Under the pieces are notes generated by a model. That model saw nothing but the letters and a program-made list of their open reading frames with translations, was not told where the DNA came from and made no database searches. From assembly GCA_964016885.1 (NCBI GenBank), contig OZ024749.1:24304001-24368000 (forward strand): a DNA stretch of 64,000 nucleotides, in the 5' to 3' direction. Source of the DNA: Eledone cirrhosa (Eukaryota). Below, piece by piece: positions 13,524-28,159 of the stretch. A program made the position numbers and the translations under genes. Position 1 is the first letter of the stretch. Each line of letters starts with the position of its first letter.

Positions 13524-14530
13524 GGTATTTTTTTTTAATATAAAAAACCGCGATTATATTGCTTTTTGCTGAACTCCTTATTGTAGAGTTTTTTTCGGAA
13601 TGTTTTTGACTTGTTTTTTGTAAACAAACATTCGTCTCATTCTGACGTCACCAGCCCTGTCTTTCCACACGTGCGTCTTATTTTCATAATCACGCATGAT
13701 GGTGAACTAGCCTGCTTTAATTCCCTTTTTGGCATATTAATCATTGAGAAATTTTGGTTATCGAGTTGAGCTCTGCTGAGGATCGAATTCCAACCGTGAC
13801 CATCTCAAATGAAAGTTTTCGTGAAATAGTCTTCAAGGCTATACAGAGCATTGGAAGTTTTTTTCCAAATGAGTATTTCAAATTTTATTTTATCATGAGT
13901 TAAGGCTCTATTGATTTTTCCCAAGATTTCTCTAAATTCTGTTGGATGAATCTATATACTGATACTTTTTGAGTTGCGTTTGAATTATTTTTCCCCCATC
14001 TTACGTTAACTATTTTTCCCATTTTGACGCTATAGTCACTTATATATTATGGAATACTGTTGTCTTTTTGCTACAATATTTTCTATACCTTTCATTTATA
14101 TATCTCTCTCTATATATATATACACACATAAACCCAAAGGAAAGGACATTTATGTCCCGAAATATTAGACATAAAAAAGAACAACAACAACAAAAAACAA
14201 AACGAAGATTACCAGGTAACTTACGTTTCGTTACCTCATCTTACAGGCCATTTTGCATTGTTTAGCCTTCTATCTCTTCCAACGTTATATATTATATAGA
14301 ATGCTTCAAGCAAACTACAACATTTTATTAACTATATCACTGTTGCGCTGCGTATATGCAGCTTCTTATAATGCAGATCACGAGCCTTTATCAAGAAAAT
14401 ATATGAAAATGGTAGGTCGACACAAATCAAAATATGACTTGTATTAAAATATACACACAACCGCCATGTTTCCACGTCGAGGCTTCAGTCATTCCTGAAC
14501 TGAAATCAGACTGGACTATATATATATATA

Positions 14531-15090
14531 TAAAATATTAAACAAATAATGAATAAACAATTCCTTATATTAAACAAAAAAAGTTCATTATTTAACGATC
14601 GTTTCTAGGGTATATATGTGTTATAATTGGTATGCATATTCAACAGATCTATGTACAAAATTATACAAAATTATACAAATTATCAAGATTAAATATACAT
14701 ACCTAACACATATATACGCCGTCTTCAGAAATAATGAAATAATGAAATAATGAATTATTTCTGAAGACGGCGTATATATGTGTTAGGTATGTATATTTAA
14801 TCTTGATAATTTGTATAATTTTGTATAATTTTGTACATAGATCTGTTGAATATGCATACCAATTATAACACATATATACCCTAGAAACGATCGTTAAATA
14901 ATGAACTTTTTTTGTTTAATATAAGGAATTGTTTATTCATTATTTGTTTAATATTTTATCTTGACTCTGTATACCGTTTATCTTTCACCGAAAGTGGATT
15001 TTCATTACATCTCTTCTTTCCATGATATCCGGAATACATTGAGTTCTTCATACGGATTGGACACTACCGTAAACTCTTGGTAGATTTATC

Positions 15091-15093
<3 letters not shown>
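14531..15093. mobile_element. Palindromic solo pLTR of N1
   Basis: 14531-14738 is inverted relative to 14754-14960. The plus arm matches 4654-4995, and both arms contain the HHR core. Confidence 0.9.
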
Positions 15094-15140
<47 letters not shown>

Positions 15141-15144
<4 letters not shown>

Positions 15145-15302
15145 TGGGATTCGCAACCGTGAGGTTGTGACTTCGATTCCCAGAACAAGCGTCTACCTGG
15201 ATTTGCAACAGTCGATAGTATTAGCAATTGAAAAGAGCAACGGAAACATTACTTTCTCGGTCAGATTTGATGAAAGTCGATCGATTATCTATATATATAT
15301 AT

Positions 15303-15401
<99 letters not shown>

Positions 15402-15549
15402 TGGGATTCGCAACCGTGAGGTTGTGACTTCGATTCCCAGAACAAGCGTCTACCTGGATTTGCAACAGTCGATAGTATTAGCAATTGAAAAGAGCAACGG
15501 AAACATTACTTTCTCGGTCAGATTTGATGAAAGTCGATCGATTATCTAT
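15141..15549 (+). repeat. Two identical ~150 bp units separated by (TA)n; possible tRNA-derived SINE fragment
   Basis: 15141-15292 matches 15398-15549. Contains the B-box-like CTTCGATTCCC. Confidence 0.55.
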
Positions 15550-15559
15550 ATATATATAT

Positions 15560-15708
<149 letters not shown>

Positions 15709-15879
15709 AAAGGTAAACAGAAATAACAACACAATCGTGTGTTTGTGTTTATGTATGTTCACTGACATCGACATAACGAGTAAATTCGCATTTTTTTATT
15801 TGCCTTAACTTAACGCGTGAACCTCTCAGAATAAGATAAAATATTAGCCTACATAAGATACACGCACTGTGGTTATAAT

Positions 15880-16573
15880 TAGATATACACATACACATAT
15901 ATATATCTATATATAACTCTCTCTATATATATATAGTTATATATATATATATATATACACATATAATAAATATATATATATATAATAAATATATATATAT
16001 ATATAATTATATATATATATATATAACTATATATATATATATATATACATATAATAAATATATATATATACATATAATAAATATATATATATATATATAT
16101 AATAAAAATATATATAAATATATATAACTATATATAACTATATATATATAATAACTATATATATATATATAAATATATAAAACTATATATAGATATATAT
16201 ACATATAATAAATATATATATATAATAAAAATATATATATATATATTAAATATATATATATAATAAATATATATATATATATATAATAAATATATATATA
16301 ATAAATAAATATATATATATATATAATAAATATATATATATAATAAATATATATATATATATAATAAATATATATATATATTTATATAATTAATATATAT
16401 ATATAATAAATATATATATATAATAAATATATATATAAAATAAATATATATATATAATAAATATATATATATAATAAATATATATATATATATATATATA
16501 TAATAAATATATATATATATAATAAATATATATACGTATATATAATAAATATATATATATAATAAATAAATAT

Positions 16574-16616
<43 letters not shown>

Positions 16617-16830
16617 CATATATATATATAATAAATATATATATATATATATAATAAATATATATATATAATAAAGAAATATATATATATAATAAATATA
16701 TATATATAATAAAGATATATATATATATATAATAAATATATATATATAATAAATAAATATATATATATATAATAAATATATATATATATAATAAATATAT
16801 ATATATAATAAATATATATATATATATATA
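15880..16830. repeat. (TA)n-ATAA minisatellite
   Basis: Repeated tatata-ataaa units. Confidence 0.9.
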
Positions 16831-17859
16831 AAATATTAAACAAATAATGAATAAACAATTCCTTATATTAAACAAAAAAATTCATTATTTAACGATCGTT
16901 TCTAGGGTATATATGTGTTATAATTGGTATGCATATTCAACAGATCTATGTACAAAATTATATAAAATTATACAAATTATCAAGATTAAATATACATACC
17001 TAACACATATATACGCCGTCTTCAGAAATAATGAAGTATATTTATTGATAATAACAACAATTCAAAATATCAGTTCAAAATTGACCAATGAAAACACAAA
17101 GGGTTAAAAGCAGTTCGGTGTGTGTATATACATGTAAAATCCTTACACATATTTTACAAAAATGTGTGTATAATTTGTATACGCATACTAAAAAGATGGA
17201 TGCAAACACAAAATTTCAAGGTTAATATCTCTGTAAGCTTAATACGCTGATAAGATGCGCATTGATACTTATGGAGTCAAGCATATAAATATATTTTTTC
17301 ATACTCACACATATCAGTATAATCACACATACATGCGCGTATATGCATAAATATACACATAACCACGAACATACAAACACACACACTCCCCCACTCACAT
17401 TTATATATGTGGATATAAAATCATAAGCACATAGAAATTAAATCACTCACATAAAACACTGGCACACACATTTCAAGATCAAGATACAGAAATTAGGTGG
17501 GAGGGGGGGGAGGGGTCAGTATTCAATTGTCTGAGCAGACTGCCTAATATAAATGTATCTATAAATTAAGAAAAATAAAAAAATAAAACAATAAAATATA
17601 ATAACTATAATATAATATATATACACATACAGATATATAAACACACATACATACATGTACGCACACATAGAGATATTTACGCATACACACATACACACAT
17701 ACATATACAGTCATACACACACATACACTTACACGAACATACACATACACATATAAAAAGATATATATATACACACACACACACGCGCAACACATACACA
17801 CATACACATATATATAAAAAAAATAGATAATAAAGATATATATCCCTATATATATAAAT

Positions 17860-17914
<55 letters not shown>

Positions 17915-18005
17915 CATATACATATACATACACATACATCTAAATATACATACACATACATACACACATACATGTACATACATGTACATACATATACGCA
18001 CATCG

Positions 18006-18051
<46 letters not shown>

Positions 18052-18388
18052 TCACATAGACATATAGATACATACACACACTACTTACATACACGCGTAT
18101 ATATACATATATATATAGATGTACCTTCATACATAGAATTAGACATATAATCATACATACATATGCACCTACTTATACTCATATATATAAATACATACGC
18201 TTCCATAAATGTGTATATACATAAAAAACAATACAACCTCACCAAACTCAGACATACAAATAAAGATAATAATAAAAAATAATAATAAAAAGGCATATGT
18301 ATATACATACACACACGCGTTAATAGAGATATATATATATATATACATACACATACACACATATATATACATACACACACACATATAT

Positions 18389-18443
<55 letters not shown>

Positions 18444-18449
18444 TAGACT

Positions 18450-18494
<45 letters not shown>

Positions 18495-19014
18495 ATATAT
18501 ATCCACACACACATACCACCATAAAAACACATACAAACACCCACATGTATATATATTTATATATATACATATACACACACGTACATATATATATGTTTTT
18601 AACCCTTTGTGTTTTCATTGGTCAATTTTGAACTGATATTTTGAATTGTTGTTATTATCAATAAATATACTTCATTATTTCTGAAGACGGCGTATATATG
18701 TGTTAGGTATGTATATTTAATCTTGATAATTTGTATAATTTTATATAATTTTGTACATAGATCTGTTGAATATGCATACCAATTATAACACATATATACC
18801 CTAGAAACGATCGTTAAATAATGAATTTTTTTGTTTAATATAAGGAATTGTTTATTCATTATTTGTTTAATATTTTATCTTGACTCTGTATACCGTTTGT
18901 CTTTCACCGAAAGTGGATTTTCATTGCATCTCTTCTTTCCATGATATCCGGAATACATTGAGTTCTTCATACGGATTGGACACTACCGTAAACTCTTGGT
19001 AGATTTATCTACAT
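16829..19014. mobile_element. Fold-back N1-family insert (3' UTR + pLTR only)
   Basis: 16829-~18595 is a minus-strand, slightly diverged copy of the N1 3' UTR/pLTR. 18597-19014 is a plus-strand pLTR. HHR motifs lie at ~16881-17035(-) and 18671-18825(+). Confidence 0.88.
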
Positions 19015-19485
19015 ATATATATATATACATATAATAAATATATATATATACATATAATAAATATATATATATATATATAATAAATATATATATATAATAA
19101 ATATATATATATAATAAATATATATATAATAAATAAATATATATATATATAATAAATATATATATATATATAATAAATATATATATATATATAATAAATA
19201 AATATATATATATATAATTAATATATATATATAATAAATATATATATATATTTATAATATATATATATAATATATAATAGGGCGGTGCCCCAGCATGGCC
19301 TCAGCCGGATGAGTGAAACAGGTAAAAGAGAATATATATACATATAATAAATATATATATATACATATAATAAATATATATATATAATAAATATATATAT
19401 ATATATAATAAATATATATATATAATAAATATATATATAGATATAATAAATATATATATATAATAAATAAATATATATATATATA

Positions 19486-19525
<40 letters not shown>

Positions 19526-20002
19526 AATATATATATATATATAATATTTATATATATATAATGAATATATATATATAATAAATAAATATATATATATAAT
19601 AAATATATATATATAATAAATAAATATGTATATATATAATAAATATATATATATATATAATAAATATATATATAATAAATATATATATATATATAATAAA
19701 TATATATATATAATTAATATATATATATATATATATAATAAATATATATATAATAAATAAATATATATATATATAATAAACATATATATATATCATAAAT
19801 ATATATATATAATAAATATATATATATATATAATAAATATATATATATAATAAATATATATATATATATAATAAATATATATATATATATATAATCAATA
19901 AATATATATATATAATAAATATATATATAATAAAAATATATATATATATATAATAAAAAAAAATATATATATATAATAAATATATATATATATATAATAA
20001 GT

Positions 20003-20038
<36 letters not shown>

Positions 20039-20417
20039 ATAAATATATATATATAATATATATATATATATATAGTATAAATATATATATATAATAAATA
20101 TATATATATAATAAATATGTATATAGATATAATAAATATATATATATTATAAATAAATATATATATATATATAATAAATATATATATATATATACATATA
20201 ATAAATATATATATATATATAATATATGTATATATATAATAAATATATATATATAATAAACAAATATATATATATAATAAATATATATATAATAAATATA
20301 TATATATATATAATAAATATATATATATAATAAATAAATATGTATATATATGATAAATATATATATATATATATAATAAATATATATATATATATAATAA
20401 ATATATATATATATATA

Positions 20418-20457
<40 letters not shown>

Positions 20458-20600
20458 AATATACATATATATATAATAAAAATACATATATATATATAAT
20501 AAATATATATATACATATATAATAATATATATATATATATAATAAAAATACATATACATATATAATAAATATATATATATATATATATATAATAAATATA
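19015..20600. repeat. (TA)n-ATAA minisatellite containing a 50 bp LINE/SINE 3'-tail fragment at 19279-19330
   Basis: agggcggtgccccagcatggcctcagc is also found at the LINE 3' end, 44534-44560(-). Confidence 0.85.
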
Positions 20601-21160
20601 TGTTTAGACAAATCACAGACACAGAGTCAATAAACATAAATGAACTCCAACATAAATTAAATAGAAAACATGATTGGAATAGCAATATCACAACTTTCAA
20701 TTAAGGACAAAATGAAAACACACACGCACATAGAAGAAACAACCAACCAGTAACATGTAAATAAACAAATAAATAAACGAATATAAACACACACAGACAC
20801 CCGGATGTAAGACATGCGCAAGCTAAGCACACAACACACACACACAAACAAGATGGCGTAGGAGAGAACAAAGGAGAGGCAAACAAACAAAGAAAATAAT
20901 ACCCAGTCACTGAAGAGGTCACATAAGGTGTGACGAAAGAACTTTGACAATATATAAAAAAACATATGGTTGTGGAACCAACCAACCAACCAGAAATTTA
21001 TAAATTCCTAAATTTATGAATTTATTATAATAAATTGAAATGAAAAATTTGGTGCGTGTGTTTCTTATTGGCAACATGACCCTCCCAAAATATAAATATA
21101 TCGGTTTCAACACACGTTTTCAGATAAAGAATCTTGCTAACCAAATTCAGAAACGAAATA
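20600..21160 (+). mobile_element. Family B pLTR-like insert with HHR motif (20906-20948) and ORF start
   Basis: gtca-CTGAAGA-g-gtcaca/tgtgac-GAAAG-aa-CTT-tgac. An ATG at 21076 reads MTLPKYKYIGFNTRFQIKNLANQIQKR into (TA)n. Confidence 0.75.
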
Positions 21161-21177
21161 TAATAAATATATATATA

Positions 21178-22032
21178 ATATTGTTATACTTTGGGAGGGT
21201 CATGTTGCCAATAAGAAACACACGCACCACTTGCTTTCACTTCAATTTATTATAATAAATTTATAATAAATTTATAAATTTATAAATTTTTGGTTGGTTG
21301 GTTGGTTCCACAACCAGATAGTTGTTTATATATTGTCATAGTTCTTTCGTCACACACTCTGTGACCTCTTCAGTGACTGGGGATTCCTTTCTTTGTTTCT
21401 GTGCCTCTCCTTTGTTCTGTCCTACGCCATTTTGTTTCTGTGTGTGTGTTGTGTGCTCAGTCTGCGCATGCACCACATCCGGGTGTCTGTGTGTGTTTAG
21501 GTTCATTTATTTATTTGTTTATTTAAATGTTACTGGTTGGTTGTTTGTTCTGTGTGTGTGTGTTTTCATTTTGTCCTTAATTGTAAGTTGTGATGTTGCT
21601 GTTCCACTCATATTTTCTATTTAATTTTGGTTGTAATTCTTTTATGTTTATTGCCTCTGTAATTTGTCTAAACATTGCGTCTTTTCTGTGTGTAGATTCT
21701 ATTTTTATTTCTCTTATGTTCTCTAATTTACCCTTGTGTTTTATTTTAGCATGTTGGTAGAGTACAGATGATTCTTTACTACTTGAAGGTCTCGCCAGTG
21801 TTCATTTATCCGTTCTCCTACACTACGAGCTGTCTCACCTATGTACACTATATGCTATACACTACATTTCTAGTTTTGCAGTTAATATGGGGGCTTATTT
21901 TACAGGTTATAGATTTCTTATCTATACATGAGGGTTTTTGAAAAGGCAACATGACCCTCCAAAGTATAACAATATCGGTTTCAACACACGATTTCAGATA
22001 AAGTCTCTTGCTAAACAAATTCAGAAACGAAA
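21178..22032 (-). mobile_element. Family B insert, minus arm with short inverted plus arm
   Basis: 21178-~21680 is a diverged inverted homologue of 20600-21095, with an HHR at 21335-21377(-). 21946-22032 is a plus-strand ORF-start segment. Confidence 0.75.
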
Positions 22033-22261
22033 TATATATAATAAATATATATATAATATATATATATGTGTATGTATGAGTGTGTGTGTCTGTGTGTGTG
22101 TGTATGAGTGTCTGTATGTTTGTGTGTGTATGAGTGTCTATATGTATGTGTGTGTGTGTATGAGTGTGTGTGTTTGTGAATGTGTGAGAGTATGAGTGTC
22201 TGTGTGTGTGTATGTATGTGTGTGTATATGAGGGTCTGTGTGTATGAGTGTCTGTGTATGA

Positions 22262-22303
<42 letters not shown>

Positions 22304-24659
22304 GAGTGTCTGTTTGTGTGTGTGTGTGTGTGTGTGTATTTGAGCGTGATTGATGGAGTGTGGATGGTATGAAGGTAAGTTTACAAATGTAAGTATTTAT
22401 ATATTTTAGTGGCAGAATGTGTATTCAAAACATATTTATTCTATTAGTTATTAACCAGATTTAATAGAGTCAGGGGAATCTTTTAGAATGTTTCTTTCTC
22501 TTTAAGTCAGCGTACACTACGAAATAAATCATTAATCGTAAAGATAATACACGATCCATACATATATATATATATATGTAACTATATAGGTAATACTATA
22601 TATATATATACATACATACATACATATGTATATACATATACACACATATATATATATATATATTTATGTATATATATATGTATATATATATAAATATATA
22701 TTTATATATATAAAATATATTATGTATATATATATAAATATATAAGTATATATATATACATATATATGTATATATATATATATATAAAGATATATGTATA
22801 TATATATATATAAAGGTATATGTATATATATAAGTATGAATATATGTATATGCATAATGTTTGTATAAATATACATGTATATATATATGTTATATGTATA
22901 AATATATATGTATATTTATATATTATATGTATAAATATATATGTATATTTATATATTATATGTATAAATATATATGTATATTTATGTTATATGTATGAAT
23001 ATATATGTATATTTATATTTAATATGTATAAATATATATATATAAATATATTTGTATATATATATATTTATATTTATATATATGTATAAATACATTTTTA
23101 TAAATATATATGTATATTTATATATATGTATAAATACATTTGTATATATAAATATATATATATATATATCTATATATATATGTATAAATATATATATATA
23201 TATAAATATGTATAATTATATATATATATATATGTATATATATACAATATTACAATATTAAATAAATGGAAACTATATTTATAAAACCATATTTATTTCA
23301 TTATATATATTTCGGGGATATCATATTAACAATATGCTATGCCTTCCTCAGACAAAATACAATATAAACAGTTTTATAGATAAATAGATTCGACATACCG
23401 TAACAACACCGACTTGCATTTGAAGAGGTTGAACTGGCAGTGAAAAAATTTTACACAGAGAGAAAGAAAGAGAAAAAAAAAAAAAAAAAAAGAAAGAAAG
23501 AAAGACATAAAACGAAGAAAAGGAAGAAAAAGAAGAAATGCATGGAACAAAATAGAGAGATGGAAAGATAGATAAAGAGAAGAACTTCATGTAAAGAAAC
23601 AGGAAGATATATATATATATATAGAGAGAGGAAATAGAGATAGATACATATATATATAGAAAATTAGGTAGTGGGAGGTCAGTTGAGTAAATGTATCAAT
23701 GATACATTTATTTATTTATTTATTTATTTAGCTCTAGTATTAATGTAAGGGAGATATATATATAGAGAAAAAAATATAGAGAGAGAAAAATAGCGAGAGA
23801 AAAGATTCAAAAATAGCCAGATATATTCGAGGCGTAAAAACCCTATGCTTTAATGTATTAGTATTTATAAAACTTCCACTATATTGTAAATATCAGTATT
23901 CCTGAATGAGACAAGTATCCATAGTGTGTGAAAATTAATTATCTTATGTTTAGTTTTTTAAAAAAATTCATATGTTTATGTGATAGCTACAAACATCCAT
24001 GTGAATCCACATGATCAACTCTGCAAACTCTAGGTTCACGGAAAACATTCTCAATGTGGTATAAAAATTTGAGTATACATATATGTGTATTATTATTCCT
24101 GTCTTTACTCTACAAGATTATCTATCAAGCAGAAATAGAGAGCAGATTTCAATATACTAATAAAAATATATATCAGAAACAAAACAAAAAAAATAACAAT
24201 AATAATAATAAGTAATAATAAAATAGAAAACTAAAAAAATATTACGAAATAATATTACATATTAAAAATATTACATATTAAAAAATTTACATATTAAAGA
24301 TATTAAAAATAAAAATAAAAAATATTAGAAAATACTACAATAATAAAAAATAAAAATAAAAATAAACCACAAAGATCAACCCTTCAAAATTAATTGACAA
24401 TATATTGCCAAGTTCATTATAAGCATCAGAGTCGAAAAACAGACAAAGCCAAAAATTATCTATCAAATCACATCTAGCAAAGATCATTTCAAAAAGTTTA
24501 TGATGCCCAATTTGGTCTACATGTGTTCCTATATTTAATATGTGGAACCGACGTAGTTAAAAGAATTAGAGTCAGTATTAACATTACAATTGTATACTAG
24601 ATATAACATTAAATCTCAACACATGTCTCCACTATCCTTTTAACAAGTTGAATGAAAAC

Positions 24660-25578
24660 TTAAACTATGTCAGATCTGTCAAAAACGTATCTCTAGGATC
24701 TCGTCGAATAGAAAGATTTTCGACGAAAAGGCCCAATACTATAATGAAGCATTAGCTAGAGCAGGATATGCTGATAAGATTGTGTACATAGATAATGATA
24801 GACAAACTAAACAAAGTAACAACTTTTTTAATTACGGCAACAACCTTAACAACTATAATAGAAAGCATTACAATAATTCCAAAGGCCAAAAAAGAAATAG
24901 AACTAGGAACATCATTTGGTTTGCCCCCCCCCCTTCTCACTAAACATTAAAACCCACATCGCTAAACTATTTTTCAAAGCTCTTGATAATCGCTTCCCTA
25001 GAACACATAGGTATCACTCAATTTTCAATAGGCATACAATTAAATTAACCTACTCATCCACCAAAAATTTAGCACAAAATATTAATAGAATAAATAATAG
25101 GAACTTAAAACCTAGAGATAATAGCATAAATAATATACAAGTTAACAAATGTAACTGTAGAGATAGATCTAAATGTCCGTTAAATAACAACTGCTTAGTT
25201 AAAAATATAGTATACAATTGTAATGTTAATACTGACTCTAATTCTTTTAACTACGTCGGTTCCACATCGACGGAATTTAAACTTCGCTATAATAACCACA
25301 AGAATTCTTTCACAGATCCAAGCAAAAAATCTTCAACGGCACTATCAGGCGTACTCTGGCAACTTAAGCTAGATAACGTTAGATATTCGACGGCTTGGAA
25401 TATAGTCTCAAGAGGGATTCCTTTTAATTCATCCTCTGAGACATGTGACCTCGGCGCAGAGGAGATATTCTTTATACTAAAATCTAAAAATTCCCTTAAT
25501 CTACGGACATATTTATTCAGTTGTTGCAAACATAGATTAAACTCAACGTTTAAATATAAATTTAAATTTAAAATGTAG
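24660..25578 (+). pseudogene. Naiad PLE C-terminal half (thumb linker + GIY-YIG), frameshifted
   Basis: YYNEALARAGY, PPFSLNIKT, CNCRDRSKCPLNNNCL, IVYNC..YVGST..FKLRYNNH, CCKH. Confidence 0.9.
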
Positions 25579-26938
25579 TATATTTAGTTTGATTTATATT
25601 TATATGGGAAACTAGCCGATAAATCTTTGATTCCTTCTTTTTATTCTTTTTTATTGTTTATTTTTATTTTATTTTTATTTAAACATTCCTCATGAAAAAT
25701 TAAGCTACCCTAAAAGCTGATGCTCCAAATATTTTGAATAAACCTTACACTAGATAAACTTCAATATTAAATATAGGAACACATGTAGACCAAATTGGGC
25801 ATCATAAACTTTTTGAAATGATCTTTGCTAGATGTGATTTGATAGATAATTTTTGGCTTTGTCTGTTTTTCGACTCTGATGCTTATAATGAACTTGGCAA
25901 TATATTGTCAATTAATTTTGAAGGGTTGATCTTTGTGGTTTATTTTTATTTTTTATTATTGTAGTATTTTCTAATATTTTTAATTTTTATTTTTAATATC
26001 TTTAATATGTAAATTTTTTAATATGTAATATTTTTAATATGTAATATTCTTTCGTAATATTTTTTTAGTTTTCTATTCTATTTCATTATTACTTATTATT
26101 ATTATTGTTATTTTTTTAGTTTTGTTTCTGATATATATTTTTATTAGTATATTGAAATCTGCTCTCTATTTCTGCTTGATAGATAATCTTGTAGAGTAAA
26201 GACAGGAATAATAATACACATATATGTATACTCAAATTGTTATACCACATTGAGAATGTTTTCCGTGAACCTAGAGTTTGCAGAGTTGATCATGTGGATT
26301 CACATGGATGTTTGTAGCTATCACATAAACATATGAATTTTTTTAAAAAACTAAACATAAGATAATTAATTTTCACACACTATGGATACTTGTCTCATTC
26401 AGGAATACTGATATTTACAATATAGTGGAAGTTTTATAAATACTAATACATTAAAACATAGGGTTTTTACGCCTCGAATATATCTGGCTATTTTTAAATC
26501 TTTTCTCTCACTATTTTTTTCTCTCTATATTTTTTTCTCTCTATATATATCTCCCTTACATTAATACTAGAGCTAAATAAATAAATAAATAAATAAATGT
26601 ATCATTGATACATTTACTCAACTGACCTCCCACTACCTAATTTTCTATATATATATGTATCTATCTCTATTTCCTCTCTCTCTATATATATATCTCTTTC
26701 TGTTTCTTTACATGAAGTCTTCTCTTTATCTATCTTTCCATCTCTCTATTTTGTTCCATGCATTTCTTCTTTTTCTTCCTTTTCTTCGTTTTATGTCTTT
26801 CTTTCTTTCTTTTTTTTTTTTTTTTTCTCTTTCTTTCTCTCTGTGTAACATTTTTTCACTGCCAGTTCAACCTCTTCAAATGCAAGTCGGTGTTGTTCGG
26901 TATGTCGAATCTATTTATCTATAAAACTGTTTATATTG

Positions 26939-27004
26939 TATTTTGTCTGAGGAAGGCATAGCATATTGTTAATATGATATCCCCGAAATATATATAATGA
27001 AATA
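26939..27004 (+). ncRNA. Hammerhead motif (N2) with (AT)4 stem III
   Basis: tattttgt-CTGAGGA-[catatt/aatatg hairpin]-GAAATATATATA-atgaaata. Copies at ~23294-23360(-) and 58801-58866(+). Confidence 0.6.
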
Positions 27005-27135
27005 AATATGGTTTTATAAATATAGTTTCCATTTATTTAATATTGTAAATATACTCCAAATATTTGTCGAGTGCTTTTATATCAGTTATAAATATTTACT
27101 AGTTGTAACCCAACAATTTTTAAATATACTTTCCA

Positions 27136-27196
<61 letters not shown>

Positions 27197-27274
27197 ACAA
27201 ATATATATATATATAATGACGAAACATATGTCAATTGCATGAACTCATAAACCTTTATTTACTGCTATATATAA

Positions 27275-27530
27275 TTGATGATAGCCATAGCCATTTAATG
27301 GCTATGACCTCATCAGGCAGTTAGTCAGTTCTTAGATATGCCAGCTCTGTGTTTATAGTATTGATGGTATCAGAGCCTTGGGACATATGAGCTTGTTAGA
27401 AATAATTTAATGTTGTCAGCAGGAATAGTCTTAATTCTCATTGTTCAGTTTGTAGATGCTAGAATGGTTGGTATTTGTCCTCAAAGAGGCAGGTGGTGTT
27501 GTAAAGTTCAAACCGTCAGGCAAAATGTAT
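27275..27530 (-). mobile_element. Extreme 3' end of another PLE (LPDGLN motif) with half HHR
   Basis: The minus strand reads ILPDGLN, the P-x-G-L-N end motif of PLE endonucleases. It is followed by CTGATGA plus a hairpin with no GAAA. Confidence 0.5.
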
Positions 27531-27673
27531 ATATATGTATAAAAATGTATATATATGTATAAATATATATATATATATGTATAAATATATATATATATAT
27601 GTATAAATATATGTATAAATATATATATATATATGTGTATAAATATATATATGTATAAATATATATATATATG

Positions 27674-27716
<43 letters not shown>

Positions 27717-27718
<2 letters not shown>

Positions 27719-27905
27719 CGAAGGAAATGTGGTAAGGAACCAGGTGGACCATAACGCACCAAAGTACTCAATACTTGAGGTAGTAGAGTGGGTAATAGGA
27801 ACCAGTAAGACCCCGACAGCTGAGCGCAAGCCGTTTCGACGGCTAATTCTGGATTAACCGTCGAAACGGCTTGAGCTCAGCTGTCGGGGACTTACTGGTT
27901 CCTAT
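27717..27905. mobile_element. Short palindromic insert with HHR 3' half (family D)
   Basis: Inverted arms 27796-27848 and 27853-27905 with GAAACGGC...GCTGTC. A homologue lies at 63240-63416. Confidence 0.7.
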
Positions 27906-28094
27906 ATATATATATATATATATATGTATAAATATATGTATATATATATATATATTTATGTATATATATATATATATATGTATATATATGTCTATATATG
28001 TATATATATATATGTATATATATGTATATATATGTATATATATGTATATATATATATTAATATATATGTATATATATGTATATGTATATGTATA

Positions 28095-28159
<65 letters not shown>

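Larger units (their letters stand above)
23243..27140 (+). mobile_element. 5'-truncated Naiad PLE (family N2) with 1.3 kb inverted 3' arm
   Basis: 23243-24541 is the reverse complement of ~25763-27047. A thumb/GIY-YIG coding remnant lies at 24660-25578. (TA)n flanks. Confidence 0.9.
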
